Assembly: GCA_031556275.1 (NCBI GenBank)
Contig: JAVBTG010000040.1
Span: 1 to 39,096 of the forward strand
DNA: 39,096 bases
Reading direction: 5' to 3'
Source of the DNA: Opitutales bacterium
GTDB lineage: Bacteria > Verrucomicrobiota > Verrucomicrobiia > Opitutales > JAKPNF01
The notes under the pieces are model-generated. The model had not been told where the DNA came from, ran no database searches, and worked only from the letters and a program-made list of their open reading frames with translations. This document shows, piece after piece, positions 9,540 through 19,342 of this stretch. Position numbers and translations under genes: made by a program. The stretch's first letter is position 1, and the number at the start of each line of letters is the position of its first letter.

Positions 9540-10298
9540 TTATGCCTCGGCCTGCGCCAGCAGTTCGTCCGAAATGTCGAAATTGGCAAAAACGTCGTTG
9601 ACGTCGTCGAGATCCTCCAGCGAGCTGATCATCTTCAAAATCTTCTTGGCGGTCTCCAAGTCGGTGATCGGGGTCTGGCTCGTGGGGATCCACGCCAGCG
9701 CCGACTCGACGGTCGGGATGCCCGCCTTGTTCAGCGCGTCGGAAATATTGTCGTAGTCCTTGATGTCGCAGAGCACTTCAAACACTTCGCCGCCCTCGTC
9801 CTTGATGTCCTCGGCTCCGGCCTCGAGGGCCACTTCCATCAGCTTGTCCTCGGAGGCGTTCTCCTTGGAGACGATGAACTGGCCCTTCTTGTTGAAGCTG
9901 AAATTGGTGAGCGCGCCCGGGCTACCGAGGTTGCCGCCGTGCTTGGTGAAGACGCTGCGCACCTCGGAGGTCGAGCGGTTCTTGTTGTCGGTCGTCGCGG
10001 TGACGACGACGCCCACGCCGGAAGCCGCGTAACCTTCGTACACCACTTCCTCGTACACGACACCCGGGATTTCGCCCGTGCCCTTTTTGATGGCGCGGTC
10101 GATGTTGTCGTTGGGCATGTTGGCGGCCTTGCCCTTGATGATGAGGGTGCGCAACCGCGCGTTGGTGGTCGGGTCGCCGCCGCTGGCACGGGCCGCGAGG
10201 GTCATTTCCTTGCTCAGGGAGCTGAAGATTTTGCCGCGCTTGGCGTCGACAGCCGCTTTGTGTCGTTTCGTGGTCGCCCACTTGCTATGTCCGGACAT
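9540..10298 (-). CDS. yebC: YebC/PmpR family protein
   Basis: MSGHSKWATTKRHK, YEGY, TDNKNR, LEDLDDVNDVFANF. Confidence 0.97.
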   Translation of the reverse strand: MSGHSKWATTKRHKAAVDAKRGKIFSSLSKEMTLAARASGGDPTTNARLRTLIIKGKAANMPNDNIDRAIKKGTGEIPGVVYEEVVYEGYAASGVGVVVTATTDNKNRSTSEVRSVFTKHGGNLGSPGALTNFSFNKKGQFIVSKENASEDKLMEVALEAGAEDIKDEGGEVFEVLCDIKDYDNISDALNKAGIPTVESALAWIPTSQTPITDLETAKKILKMISSLEDLDDVNDVFANFDISDELLAQAEA

Positions 10299-10373
10299 GT
10301 GTTGCCTTGGGTTGAGAGTTTAGAGAGAAAATACCAGTTTTCCCTCGGTTGGTAAAATCATTTGCGGGATAAA

Positions 10374-12272
10374 TTAGCGGTTTTTACGCTTCACCTTCAC
10401 GGGGGCCATGCGCTGGGCGCCGGTTCCCTTGGCGGCGGGCAAAACGGTGACCGTCGGCTCGTCGTCCTTTTTGCGGTTGGTGAGCCACTGCTGGAAGATC
10501 GTGAAGATGTTCTGCACCGTCCAGTACAGCACGAGGCCGGAGGGGAATGTGTAGCAAAACACGAGGAAAATCAGCGGCATGAACTGGAACATGCGCCGCT
10601 GCATGGGATCCGTCGTCGGCGTCGGCGCCAGCTTCATCTGGAGCATCATCGTCGCCCCCATCAAGAGCGGCATCAGGTGGATCGCGAAGCCGCCGATGTG
10701 CCCCACGGTGTCGGGCATCGAAAGGTCCTTGAACCACAGGAAGGGCGCGTAGCGCAACTCCGGCGCCGATTTGAGCATGTAAAACAGCCCGATAAAAATG
10801 GGCAGCTGGATGAACAGCGGCAGACACCCGGCCGCCGGGTTGACCTTGTGCTGTTTGAACAGCTTGATCGTCTCCTGCTGCATGCGCTGAGGGTTGTCCT
10901 TGAACTGCTCGCGGACGGCCTTGAGGGGTTCTTGGATCTTCGCCATGCGCTTGGCGGAGCGGGTCTGGATGCCGGTCAGCGGCCAGATCAAAAGTTTTAT
11001 GATGATCGTCACTATAATGATCGACCAGCCCCAGCCCCACGCGGGCGAGACATGGACGATCAGCGAGTGCACCCCGATCAGCAATAGCAACATCGCCTTG
11101 GAAATAAAACTCACCCATCCGAAGCTCATCACCAGATCCTGATGCCCGCCGAGGCGGTCGAGGCGGACATACTCCTTCGGGCCGACGTAGTAGGAAACGT
11201 CGAGCGTCTGCGCCTCACCCGGGGCGATTTCCTCGCCCGCGAACGACAGCGAGGCCGCGATGCCCTTTTGCTGCGCGGACTTCTGCGCCGTAGCCTCGCC
11301 GACGACGGAGGTCTCCTGCGTGGAAGGTTCCGTCGCGGGTACGTCCACCATCTCGGACTTGGCGAACAAACGCAGGCCCTTCAACTTGCCCTTGGGCGTG
11401 ATGATGGCGGCGAAAAACTGGTTGCGCACGGCGCCCCACTCAATATTGGAGCCTTCGACGACGTAAGGCTTGGCCGCGCGCGCGCCGATGCCCAAAAAGC
11501 CGCTGCTGTCCGAGAAAACCTTGACGGACTCAAACGTGTCCCCGTCGGCGTTGTAGTAGCCGAAGGAAAGCATGTCGCCGATATTGTCGCTCAAAGTCGG
11601 CGGCAACTCGCCGATATTCAGCCAGAGCACGTCGGCGGGCAACGCAGCCTGTCCGCGGTTTTCGAGCGTCGTCTTGTGCTGGATGAGATACGGCTCGGCC
11701 TCGTCGCCCACGCTCGCGATGTCGTAGGTTCGCACGATGCGCAGGCCGCTAGGCAATTCCAGCGCATAGCGCACAGAGGTGGCGGTGGCTTCCTCCAGCT
11801 TGAAATTGGCCTGAATATACGGCACGTTCGCGTTCGGGCCCATGGCGTCCAACAAGGCACCCTTGCCCAAGGCCAGCGCGCTCACGGGCGCGCCGCTGTT
11901 GAACTCGACGGCGGGCTCCGTCGTTCCGACAAAAGCGGGGAATTTTTTGAGCACCACGCGCTCGATCGCACCGCCCTTGGTGGTGAAGACGACCTGAATA
12001 TAGTCGTTTTCGAGGGTGTGGGTGCCCACTTCAGTCGCTTTTGGCGCGACAAACAAGGAGTCCGCCGGAACGGTCGCGGTTATCGAGGCAGTCGGAGCCG
12101 CCTGCGGGGCGGTGGCGACCGGCTTGGGAGCGGCGGCCGCTTGCGCCGCCTGCTGCTGGGCCTGGGCCGCGCGTTGCGCCTCTAATTCCTTAGCGGAAGG
12201 CTGCCCCATAAAAAAGGCACCAGCCGCCAGCACGAGAAACAAAATACCTAAAAATGTGTTCTTTTTATCCAT
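10374..12272 (-). CDS. yidC: Membrane protein insertase YidC
   Basis: N-terminal TM, periplasmic domain, YVGPKEY, WGWSII..TIIIKL, NPAAGCLP, PSGLVLYW. Confidence 0.97.
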   Translation of the reverse strand: MDKKNTFLGILFLVLAAGAFFMGQPSAKELEAQRAAQAQQQAAQAAAAPKPVATAPQAAPTASITATVPADSLFVAPKATEVGTHTLENDYIQVVFTTKGGAIERVVLKKFPAFVGTTEPAVEFNSGAPVSALALGKGALLDAMGPNANVPYIQANFKLEEATATSVRYALELPSGLRIVRTYDIASVGDEAEPYLIQHKTTLENRGQAALPADVLWLNIGELPPTLSDNIGDMLSFGYYNADGDTFESVKVFSDSSGFLGIGARAAKPYVVEGSNIEWGAVRNQFFAAIITPKGKLKGLRLFAKSEMVDVPATEPSTQETSVVGEATAQKSAQQKGIAASLSFAGEEIAPGEAQTLDVSYYVGPKEYVRLDRLGGHQDLVMSFGWVSFISKAMLLLLIGVHSLIVHVSPAWGWGWSIIIVTIIIKLLIWPLTGIQTRSAKRMAKIQEPLKAVREQFKDNPQRMQQETIKLFKQHKVNPAAGCLPLFIQLPIFIGLFYMLKSAPELRYAPFLWFKDLSMPDTVGHIGGFAIHLMPLLMGATMMLQMKLAPTPTTDPMQRRMFQFMPLIFLVFCYTFPSGLVLYWTVQNIFTIFQQWLTNRKKDDEPTVTVLPAAKGTGAQRMAPVKVKRKNR

Positions 12273-12397
12273 GAAAAACGGGGGAGCGGCCCTACGCGCA
12301 TAAAAGCCCGCAGGGCCAAAAGAAGGTTCATCTTCTCATACTCCCCATTTTGGGGGCAACGCAAAAAGCGCGGGGAACTGGCCTTTCAGAAGGCCGC

Positions 12398-12665
12398 TCA
12401 GACGCAACAACACAGCGGAATCAGCGCTAAAAACGGCAAAGAAAGCCACAGGCACAGCCTCCTATACGGATGCTTTTCCAACAACGTGCGCCGAAAAAAC
12501 CATAACAGGGCCAGCAGTATCGCGTAAACCAGCAGGTAATTGATGAAGTGCCAGACCTCCCCCTGCAGATACCCTAACGTCATGTCCAGCAGCACGGACA
12601 AAAATATTCCTACGTACTCATTTTTTTGTTTTGCATGGGCGTAATGTGTTTTTAGGGAAAGACAT
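12398..12665 (-). pseudogene. Small membrane protein, possibly frameshifted in an A7 tract (intact frame 12398-12601 from TTG)
   Basis: Hydrophobic 67-aa frame lacks a good start. ATG 12665 (just after the upstream stop) or ATG 12636 would join it with a -1 or +1 change in the T7 run at 12621-12627. Confidence 0.45.
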
Positions 12666-12667
12666 CA

Positions 12668-12865
12668 CTACCGATTAGCTGACTTTGGGATGTAAAAAAA
12701 ACACAGCCATATCTCCAATAAGATAAAGCCCGCCAATCCTATATTTATAGGATCAAATCCCCACTCCGGATATTCGCCAAACAGGACACAAATAGCATAT
12801 CCCGCGAATATCGCCAAGCAGGCCAAGGCGGCAACTAGGATCAAGACGGCAAGAATTGCTTTCAT
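12668..12865 (-). CDS. Small 2-TM membrane protein (65 aa)
   Basis: MKAILAVLILVAALACLAIFAGYAICVLF...; AT-rich; tightly packed between neighbours. Confidence 0.6.
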   Translation of the reverse strand: MKAILAVLILVAALACLAIFAGYAICVLFGEYPEWGFDPINIGLAGFILLEIWLCFFYIPKSANR

Positions 12866-12873
12866 GAATATGC

Positions 12874-13155
12874 TCAAGACGGGCCGAAAATATCGCCCAA
12901 AATGCTCGCTAAAAAAACACAGCCAATAGGCCAAGCCAGCAAGGCTATGAACCCGAGCCACGGTTTATCTCGGAACAAGGTGCGCCAAAACAGGAATATC
13001 ACCGCCAACAGACTGCCGGAAGCCAGCCAATAAGCACTCTCACATTCGGGAAACATGGGAAACAAAAGCCCCCATAAAAAAAGCGCAAGAGGCGTTGCCG
13101 AAAGCGAAATGGCAAAATTTTTTGAGAGAGACTCTCTTCTGGAGGGCGAATCCAT
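12874..13155 (-). CDS. Small 3-TM membrane protein (93 aa)
   Basis: Three hydrophobic segments; AT-rich; co-oriented with yidD and yidC. Confidence 0.6.
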   Translation of the reverse strand: MDSPSRRESLSKNFAISLSATPLALFLWGLLFPMFPECESAYWLASGSLLAVIFLFWRTLFRDKPWLGFIALLAWPIGCVFLASILGDIFGPS

Positions 13156-13223
13156 TGCGCATTATCCATAAATGCACAAAAAGCGGACGGCAACCTAAAT
13201 GTGGCTTCGTGTCGCGCGTAGCA

Positions 13224-13505
13224 TTATTTTCCCTTCATTTTAGGCGGCGGCACAGGATCTTCCCCGCCTGGGTTCCACGGGTGGCAGCGGGCGATCCGTT
13301 TCGTGCCCAGCCACACGCCCTTGAAAACGCCGTGCGTGAGAATCGCCTGCCGCACGTACTCCGAACAACTCGGGGTAAAACGGCACCCGGCGTTGCCCCC
13401 GAACATGTGCTGCAGGGGCGACAAAAAGAGCTGATAGCCGCGCACGCAGACGGCCGCCGCGCGGCGCGCGAAGGAAGGGGCGTTTGCCTCGGGCGCGCGC
13501 GTCAT
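13224..13505 (-). CDS. yidD: Membrane protein insertion efficiency factor YidD
   Basis: [34 protein letters not shown]. Confidence 0.97.
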   Translation of the reverse strand: MTRAPEANAPSFARRAAAVCVRGYQLFLSPLQHMFGGNAGCRFTPSCSEYVRQAILTHGVFKGVWLGTKRIARCHPWNPGGEDPVPPPKMKGK

Positions 13506-13924
13506 GCAACCGGGGCCTTTTTCGCCGCCGCCGCGGGCGGGGCCGGTTCCGGCGGCGGCGGGTGTTTTTCAAAATAGCGGGCGAGCTGCCCGCAGGCTTC
13601 GGCAAAACGCGCGGACAGCTCGGCATGCGAAAATTTCGCGTAACTTCGGCGGATGACAACCGACGTGTCGCACATGCGCGGCAGCAAGTCCACATGCGTG
13701 CGCAAGAGTTCCCTAAACACCCGCTTGGCGCGGTTGCGGCGCACGGCGTCGCCCACCAAATGCTTGCTGGAAATGATACCGAAACGGCGCGGAGCCCTGC
13801 CCTCAACGCGGGCGGAAAACGCCCTGCAGTTGACGCGGAACGGCCCCGCCTCGGCGAAGCGCCCCTCCTTGCGCACGGCGAGGAATTCTATGGGGTTGCG
13901 GAGCTTTTCGGCGGGATCGGGCAC
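13502..13924 (-). CDS. rnpA: Ribonuclease P protein component
   Basis: [25 protein letters not shown] (RNR motif); 4-nt overlap with yidD. Confidence 0.93.
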   Translation of the reverse strand: MPDPAEKLRNPIEFLAVRKEGRFAEAGPFRVNCRAFSARVEGRAPRRFGIISSKHLVGDAVRRNRAKRVFRELLRTHVDLLPRMCDTSVVIRRSYAKFSHAELSARFAEACGQLARYFEKHPPPPEPAPPAAAAKKAPVA

Positions 13925-13954
13925 GGGCGGAAAAAAGGATGCGTCGTTCGGGAG

Positions 13955-13983
13955 ATTCTACCCAAAGCCGCGGCGCGAAGCAA
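13955..13983 (-). promoter_or_regulatory. Putative sigma70 promoter for rnpA-yidD
   Basis: Minus strand TTGCTT-17 nt-TAGAAT about 30 nt upstream of the rnpA GTG. Confidence 0.55.
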
Positions 13984-14033
13984 GATGCGTCAGGACATTC
14001 AAGGAGGGAAACCCCATTTTTTTGCGCAAAGGC

Positions 14034-14063
14034 TTGACGGACGGCGCGCGGCTTGCTTATATA
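14034..14063 (+). promoter_or_regulatory. Putative sigma70 promoter for rpmH
   Basis: TTGACG-18 nt-TATATA upstream of ATG 14098. Confidence 0.5.
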
Positions 14064-14097
14064 AAACTTTTCCCACTTTTAAATCCCGTCAAACGTC

Positions 14098-14232
14098 ATG
14101 CAACCGACCTATCGCCCTTCCAAGTTGTGCCGCGCCCGTAAGTGCGGTTTTCGCGCGCGCAAAGCCACTCGCGGTGGCCGCAAAGTCCTCCAGAACCGCC
14201 GCCGCCACGGCCGCGCCCGTCTGGCCATGTAG
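14098..14232 (+). CDS. rpmH: 50S ribosomal protein L34 (44 aa; not in the ORF track)
   Basis: [44 protein letters not shown] matches the L34 pattern T.QP/RPS..R.R..GFR.R..T..GR.VL..RR..GR..L. Confidence 0.95.
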   Translation: MQPTYRPSKLCRARKCGFRARKATRGGRKVLQNRRRHGRARLAM

Positions 14233-14274
14233 TCCGTTCGAAGGCCCCGCCTTCTTCGAGGCCCTGTGTCTCGC

Positions 14275-14305
14275 AAAAAACCCGCCAACATATGGCGGGT
14301 TTTTT
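14275..14305. terminator. Bidirectional intrinsic terminator between rpmH and rubrerythrin
   Basis: AAAAAA-CCCGCCA-ACATA-TGGCGGG-TTTTTT. Confidence 0.85.
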
Positions 14306-14341
14306 GTTGGCCAAATTTAACAACAGCCCTTCCGTCAGTTC

Positions 14342-15016
14342 CTACTCCGCCTGCGTGATCTGACTGGCGGGCGCCCCGCACAAAACGCACGCGGCGTCGG
14401 GCCGGGCGTCCGAGATATTGCCGCAACCTTGGCAAACCCAATAGGCGCGATTTTCCAGCACGTCCGAAGCCCCGTTGAGCCATTCGGAAAGCAGGCGCAC
14501 CTGCTCGCGTTCGGCAGCCGTGATGCGCTCGAACAAAACGGCCGCCCCCTCCTCCTTCGCCGCGCGCGCCGTCTTGATGAAGGCGGGGAGCATGACCGCC
14601 CCCTCAAAATCCTCCCCCTGCAAGGCCATGCGCACGCCGACCTCGATATCATGCACCGCGGGATAACTCGTTTCGGGCACGTCGATCTTCCATCCGCGCT
14701 CTCGGGCGAGGTCCTCCAACATCCGCGCGTGCAATGTCTCCGACAAGGCAACGGCGCGCAACAAACGCGAGGCCGCCTGCAGTTTTATGCGTTGCGGCTT
14801 TTGAATCTCGGCCGATGCCCCCAGCTTATCCTCCACCCCCGAGGCGTACACCTCCGCCGCCAAGGCCGCATTGCGCTCCAGCCGCAAGGCGGTGTTGAGG
14901 TTGTCGATCGTGGCCTGCTGCATGTCGTCGCGTTGGCCGCACGCGGCCCACAGCAACAACGCGCCGCCCGCCAAAAACACCGAAAACACGCGAGAAAAAT
15001 GAAAGAAAGCCTGCAT
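14342..15016 (-). CDS. Rubrerythrin-family protein with N-terminal lipoprotein signal
   Basis: TIDNLNTAL..E, A.SETLHA, GEDFE...MLPAF..TA, C-terminal rubredoxin CQGCG...CVLCGAP; lipobox LWAAC. Confidence 0.85.
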   Translation of the reverse strand: MQAFFHFSRVFSVFLAGGALLLWAACGQRDDMQQATIDNLNTALRLERNAALAAEVYASGVEDKLGASAEIQKPQRIKLQAASRLLRAVALSETLHARMLEDLARERGWKIDVPETSYPAVHDIEVGVRMALQGEDFEGAVMLPAFIKTARAAKEEGAAVLFERITAAEREQVRLLSEWLNGASDVLENRAYWVCQGCGNISDARPDAACVLCGAPASQITQAE

Positions 15017-15129
15017 GAAGAAAAAGTGCCGAACGCCCTTTATTGTGCGGATATTCCCTTTCCCTTTCAATAATTTTGAAAACGGCGCAATTTGCTTGCC
15101 ATCAGGGGCCTCGCACAAAGAATACGCAC

Positions 15130-17043
15130 ATGACCCGACGCCTCGCCCTATGCTTCCTAGCGGCCGCCGCCGCGTTTGCGCCGCTCAACGCCCAAACCAA
15201 GACGCCCCCCGCCGAATTGGAGCTCAAGCAGGCCATCTTTCGGGCGATCCTCGAGGAAACCGAAGCGGGCAACCCCTATGCGACCTATGAGGCGGGCAAT
15301 ATCATATACCTCCATGGAGGTTTTGTTTTCAACATTCCGATATCGGAGCATGGGAACACGCCCATACATCCGGATTTTGCGAAATCACAGGATGATCGCC
15401 GCCTGCGCGCCACGTATTTTGCGCAAATGGCCTTCGACGGGGGATATGATCCTGCCGCCGATTTGTTAAAGCGAATCAAGAAAGATGATACTGCGGCCAT
15501 GCCCGCCCCAGCGTCCCCCCTTGGCCCCGAAGCGCTGAATCAGGCAAAGCTGCAATTCGCCAAAAAAATTTACGAAACGCTCAAGGAGCTCGCGCAAAAA
15601 GGCAACCCCTATGCCGCCAAACATCTCGCACGCTGGCTCGGCTACGAACGCCAGAATGTCTTCACCCGTTCTGAAATACCCGAGGCATCCGCCCCGAAAA
15701 TCCACCCCGACCTCGCACAGCCCAAAGACACGCGCAAAAAAGCGGCGCGCACGCTTTATCTGTTCGCCGCCAAAGCGGGCGTCAACGGAGCGTGGACCAG
15801 CGCCGCCGAAACGTACGACGACCCAAAAGAAGAACTGGCCTGCCTGCGCGAGGGCGCGGCCTTTGGGGACGCCGAAAGCGCGCGCGAGCTGATAGAAAAA
15901 TTGCAGCGGCAGGAAGCCCCCGATTACGCGGAAATCGCACGTCTGACACAAATGATCATAGACGCCCCGCCGTACGTCGTCGGCAACGTGATCGACGCAA
16001 GGATGAACAGCGACACATACACGTTTCGCATGGGCTTCATTTACTTTTGGGGACGCGGCGTGCCGCGCGACCCGGGAAAGGCCGTCGCGCTATGGCGTTC
16101 GGTGTTCGAGATAAATTATGAAAAGGAAGATTTCTTCCGCATGAGCGAGGGCTATCCCCACGCGGCTTCCTTCGGCGATTTGTGGATACGCAGCAACCGC
16201 GCCGAGGCCGCCGCCTGTTTGGCGTACGCCATTGAAAACGGGCTGGGCACCCCGAAAAACGCGCAGGCGGCGCAACTGCTGCGCGAGGGGATCGTCTCGC
16301 AGCTCGGCGTAAAATACCAAGCGGAAAGCATCGCGCGCCATTTTGCCGACAAGGAGCACGCCGAAGATTGGGTCATCCGCTCCGGCATGTCGGTCGACGC
16401 CCCAAAAGAACACGCCTACTGGCTCGCCGTGGCAAAAAAACTGCCGGATTCCCCCGACCGCGCCCGGCAGAAAGACCGCGTCCCTATCGTTCTGCGCATG
16501 ATGGAAGATCTCGCCGAGGCGTACGCGGGGGGCGACTCCTTCTACGAAAAGGAAGCCTTTTATTGGACGCAACGGCTGGCAAACATCGACCGGCCCGGGA
16601 CCCGATTCGACAAAGGCCTCTATGTCATCCGGCTCGCGGGTCGCCTGCTCTCCGGAAACGGAACCGTGAAAAACGCAGGCAAAGCCTGCGACCTGCTCAA
16701 TGAAATGTATTTGCACGGAGGTTACGACATCGGCTACACGGTCGGATGGGACCCGAAGACCAAAAAAAGCCCCCCTGAAGGTTCGCAAGAGGAAAAAACA
16801 ACCCTGCGCCGCCGCCGCGCGCTCGTCGCTGCCGCCTTGGCCTACTGTCTGGAAAACGGACTAGGCACGCCAAAAGACACCGAAAAGGCGAACGAGATCC
16901 GCCAACGCGCCAAAAGCGAGCTGCGGACGCAAAACGACGCCGAAGCCCTCGCCGCATACTTCGCCCCGGGCGGCGACATCGTCGTGGACGCCAAGCAATT
17001 CGCGTTTTGGAAACAGGCGGCAAAAAACCTTCCCGCCGATTAA
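15130..17043 (+). CDS. Secreted Sel1-like repeat protein with internal duplications
   Basis: Signal peptide MTRRLALCFLAAAAAFAPLNA; YFWGRGVPRD, ENGLGTPK x2, GNGTVKN. Confidence 0.8.
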   Translation: MTRRLALCFLAAAAAFAPLNAQTKTPPAELELKQAIFRAILEETEAGNPYATYEAGNIIYLHGGFVFNIPISEHGNTPIHPDFAKSQDDRRLRATYFAQMAFDGGYDPAADLLKRIKKDDTAAMPAPASPLGPEALNQAKLQFAKKIYETLKELAQKGNPYAAKHLARWLGYERQNVFTRSEIPEASAPKIHPDLAQPKDTRKKAARTLYLFAAKAGVNGAWTSAAETYDDPKEELACLREGAAFGDAESARELIEKLQRQEAPDYAEIARLTQMIIDAPPYVVGNVIDARMNSDTYTFRMGFIYFWGRGVPRDPGKAVALWRSVFEINYEKEDFFRMSEGYPHAASFGDLWIRSNRAEAAACLAYAIENGLGTPKNAQAAQLLREGIVSQLGVKYQAESIARHFADKEHAEDWVIRSGMSVDAPKEHAYWLAVAKKLPDSPDRARQKDRVPIVLRMMEDLAEAYAGGDSFYEKEAFYWTQRLANIDRPGTRFDKGLYVIRLAGRLLSGNGTVKNAGKACDLLNEMYLHGGYDIGYTVGWDPKTKKSPPEGSQEEKTTLRRRRALVAAALAYCLENGLGTPKDTEKANEIRQRAKSELRTQNDAEALAAYFAPGGDIVVDAKQFAFWKQAAKNLPAD

Positions 17044-17099
17044 AAATCAAAAGCGCCCAAATTCCCCCTCTTTTCAGCAGGCAATCCAAAAATTTTAAC

Positions 17100-17128
17100 T
17101 TGCGCCGCGCCCGCCTTGCGCCTAGGAT
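17100..17128 (+). promoter_or_regulatory. Putative promoter for tRNA-Met/rpmG
   Basis: TTGCGC-17 nt-TAGGAT. Confidence 0.45.
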
Positions 17129-17178
17129 TTGAACTTTACACGCGTGTGCGCGGCCCGCACGGGCGTGTGAAGACAAGC

Positions 17179-17253
<75 letters not shown>

Positions 17254-17300
17254 CTTTCCATCCAACGTCCGCCACACACATTTAACCCACAGACATCACC

Positions 17301-17471
17301 ATGCCTCGCGAACTCATCATCCTGGAATGCTCGGAAGCCCGCAAGGAGGGCAAATCGCCCTCCCGCTACTTCTCGACCCGCAACAAGAAGCTCCAACAGG
17401 AGAAGGTCGAAAAGAAGAAGTACAACCCGGCCCTCAAGCGCCACACCCTGCACAAGGAAATCAAGGGATAA
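17301..17471 (+). CDS. rpmG: 50S ribosomal protein L33, zinc-independent (C-) form (56 aa; not in the ORF track)
   Basis: [56 protein letters not shown]. Confidence 0.95.
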   Translation: MPRELIILECSEARKEGKSPSRYFSTRNKKLQQEKVEKKKYNPALKRHTLHKEIKG

Positions 17472-17488
17472 TCCCCTTCCCTCCTTTC

Positions 17489-17523
17489 AAAAAACGGACG
17501 CCGTTCACGGTGTCCGTTTTTTT
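17489..17523 (+). terminator. Intrinsic terminator after rpmG
   Basis: CGGACGCCGT-TC-ACGGTGTCCG followed by T7. Confidence 0.85.
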
Positions 17524-17560
17524 GTGCCCCAAGCGCGCGCCCCGCGCATGACCGGCACAC

Positions 17561-17588
17561 AAAAAAGACCACGGCGCAAACCGTGGTC
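17561..17588 (-). terminator. Intrinsic terminator after the malic enzyme gene
   Basis: GACCACGG-6 nt-CCGTGGTC with T6 on the minus strand. Confidence 0.8.
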
Positions 17589-17622
17589 CTTTTGTACCCT
17601 TCCTTTAGAAACGATATCCGTT

Positions 17623-18933
<1,311 letters not shown>

Positions 18934-19342
18934 ATGGCTTTTGTGAGAAGGGGACATCCATCTGAGGGACTCATCGGTCCGAAAAATGACTGTTTTTTAG
19001 ACAACCTCTTTCCAAACCGAGAACCGCAGGCGAAAGCAAAGGTCTATACAATAGAAGTGCCAAATCCTTGTCAAGAATGCGGGGCCAAACCGGGGACATG
19101 AAAAAACGAATTTTCAAAATTGTTCCGACGCGCGCGCTTTATTTTTTCTTTCACGCCCAACGAAACAATCACTGGCATTCCGTGTCAGTTAAATCCATTT
19201 CATTTTAAAACAAATTTTTAAAAAACTAAAAATAACTAGATAGGAACAGCTCTTCAACACGCACGCACAAAACACACCGGCCCATCCGCCGGAGGACGCC
19301 GAGCCACCCACAAACGCAACATCCGAAAAATCGACCGCAACT

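Noticed and set aside
13925-14341. Invertible (phase-variable) rpmH segment
   Set aside because: No flanking inverted repeats found by eye and no adjacent invertase; both directions have their own promoter, which fits a fixed arrangement.
18934-19075. Riboswitch or hammerhead in the malic enzyme leader (GGACCGATGAGTCC)
   Set aside because: CCGATGA is not the CUGAUGA core and no correctly placed GAAA or third stem is present.
19241-19243. Stop-codon recoding (TAG read-through or alternative genetic code)
   Set aside because: TAG ends clear genes normally here (rpmH, hipB, hipA, malic enzyme) and no suppressor or pyl machinery is visible.
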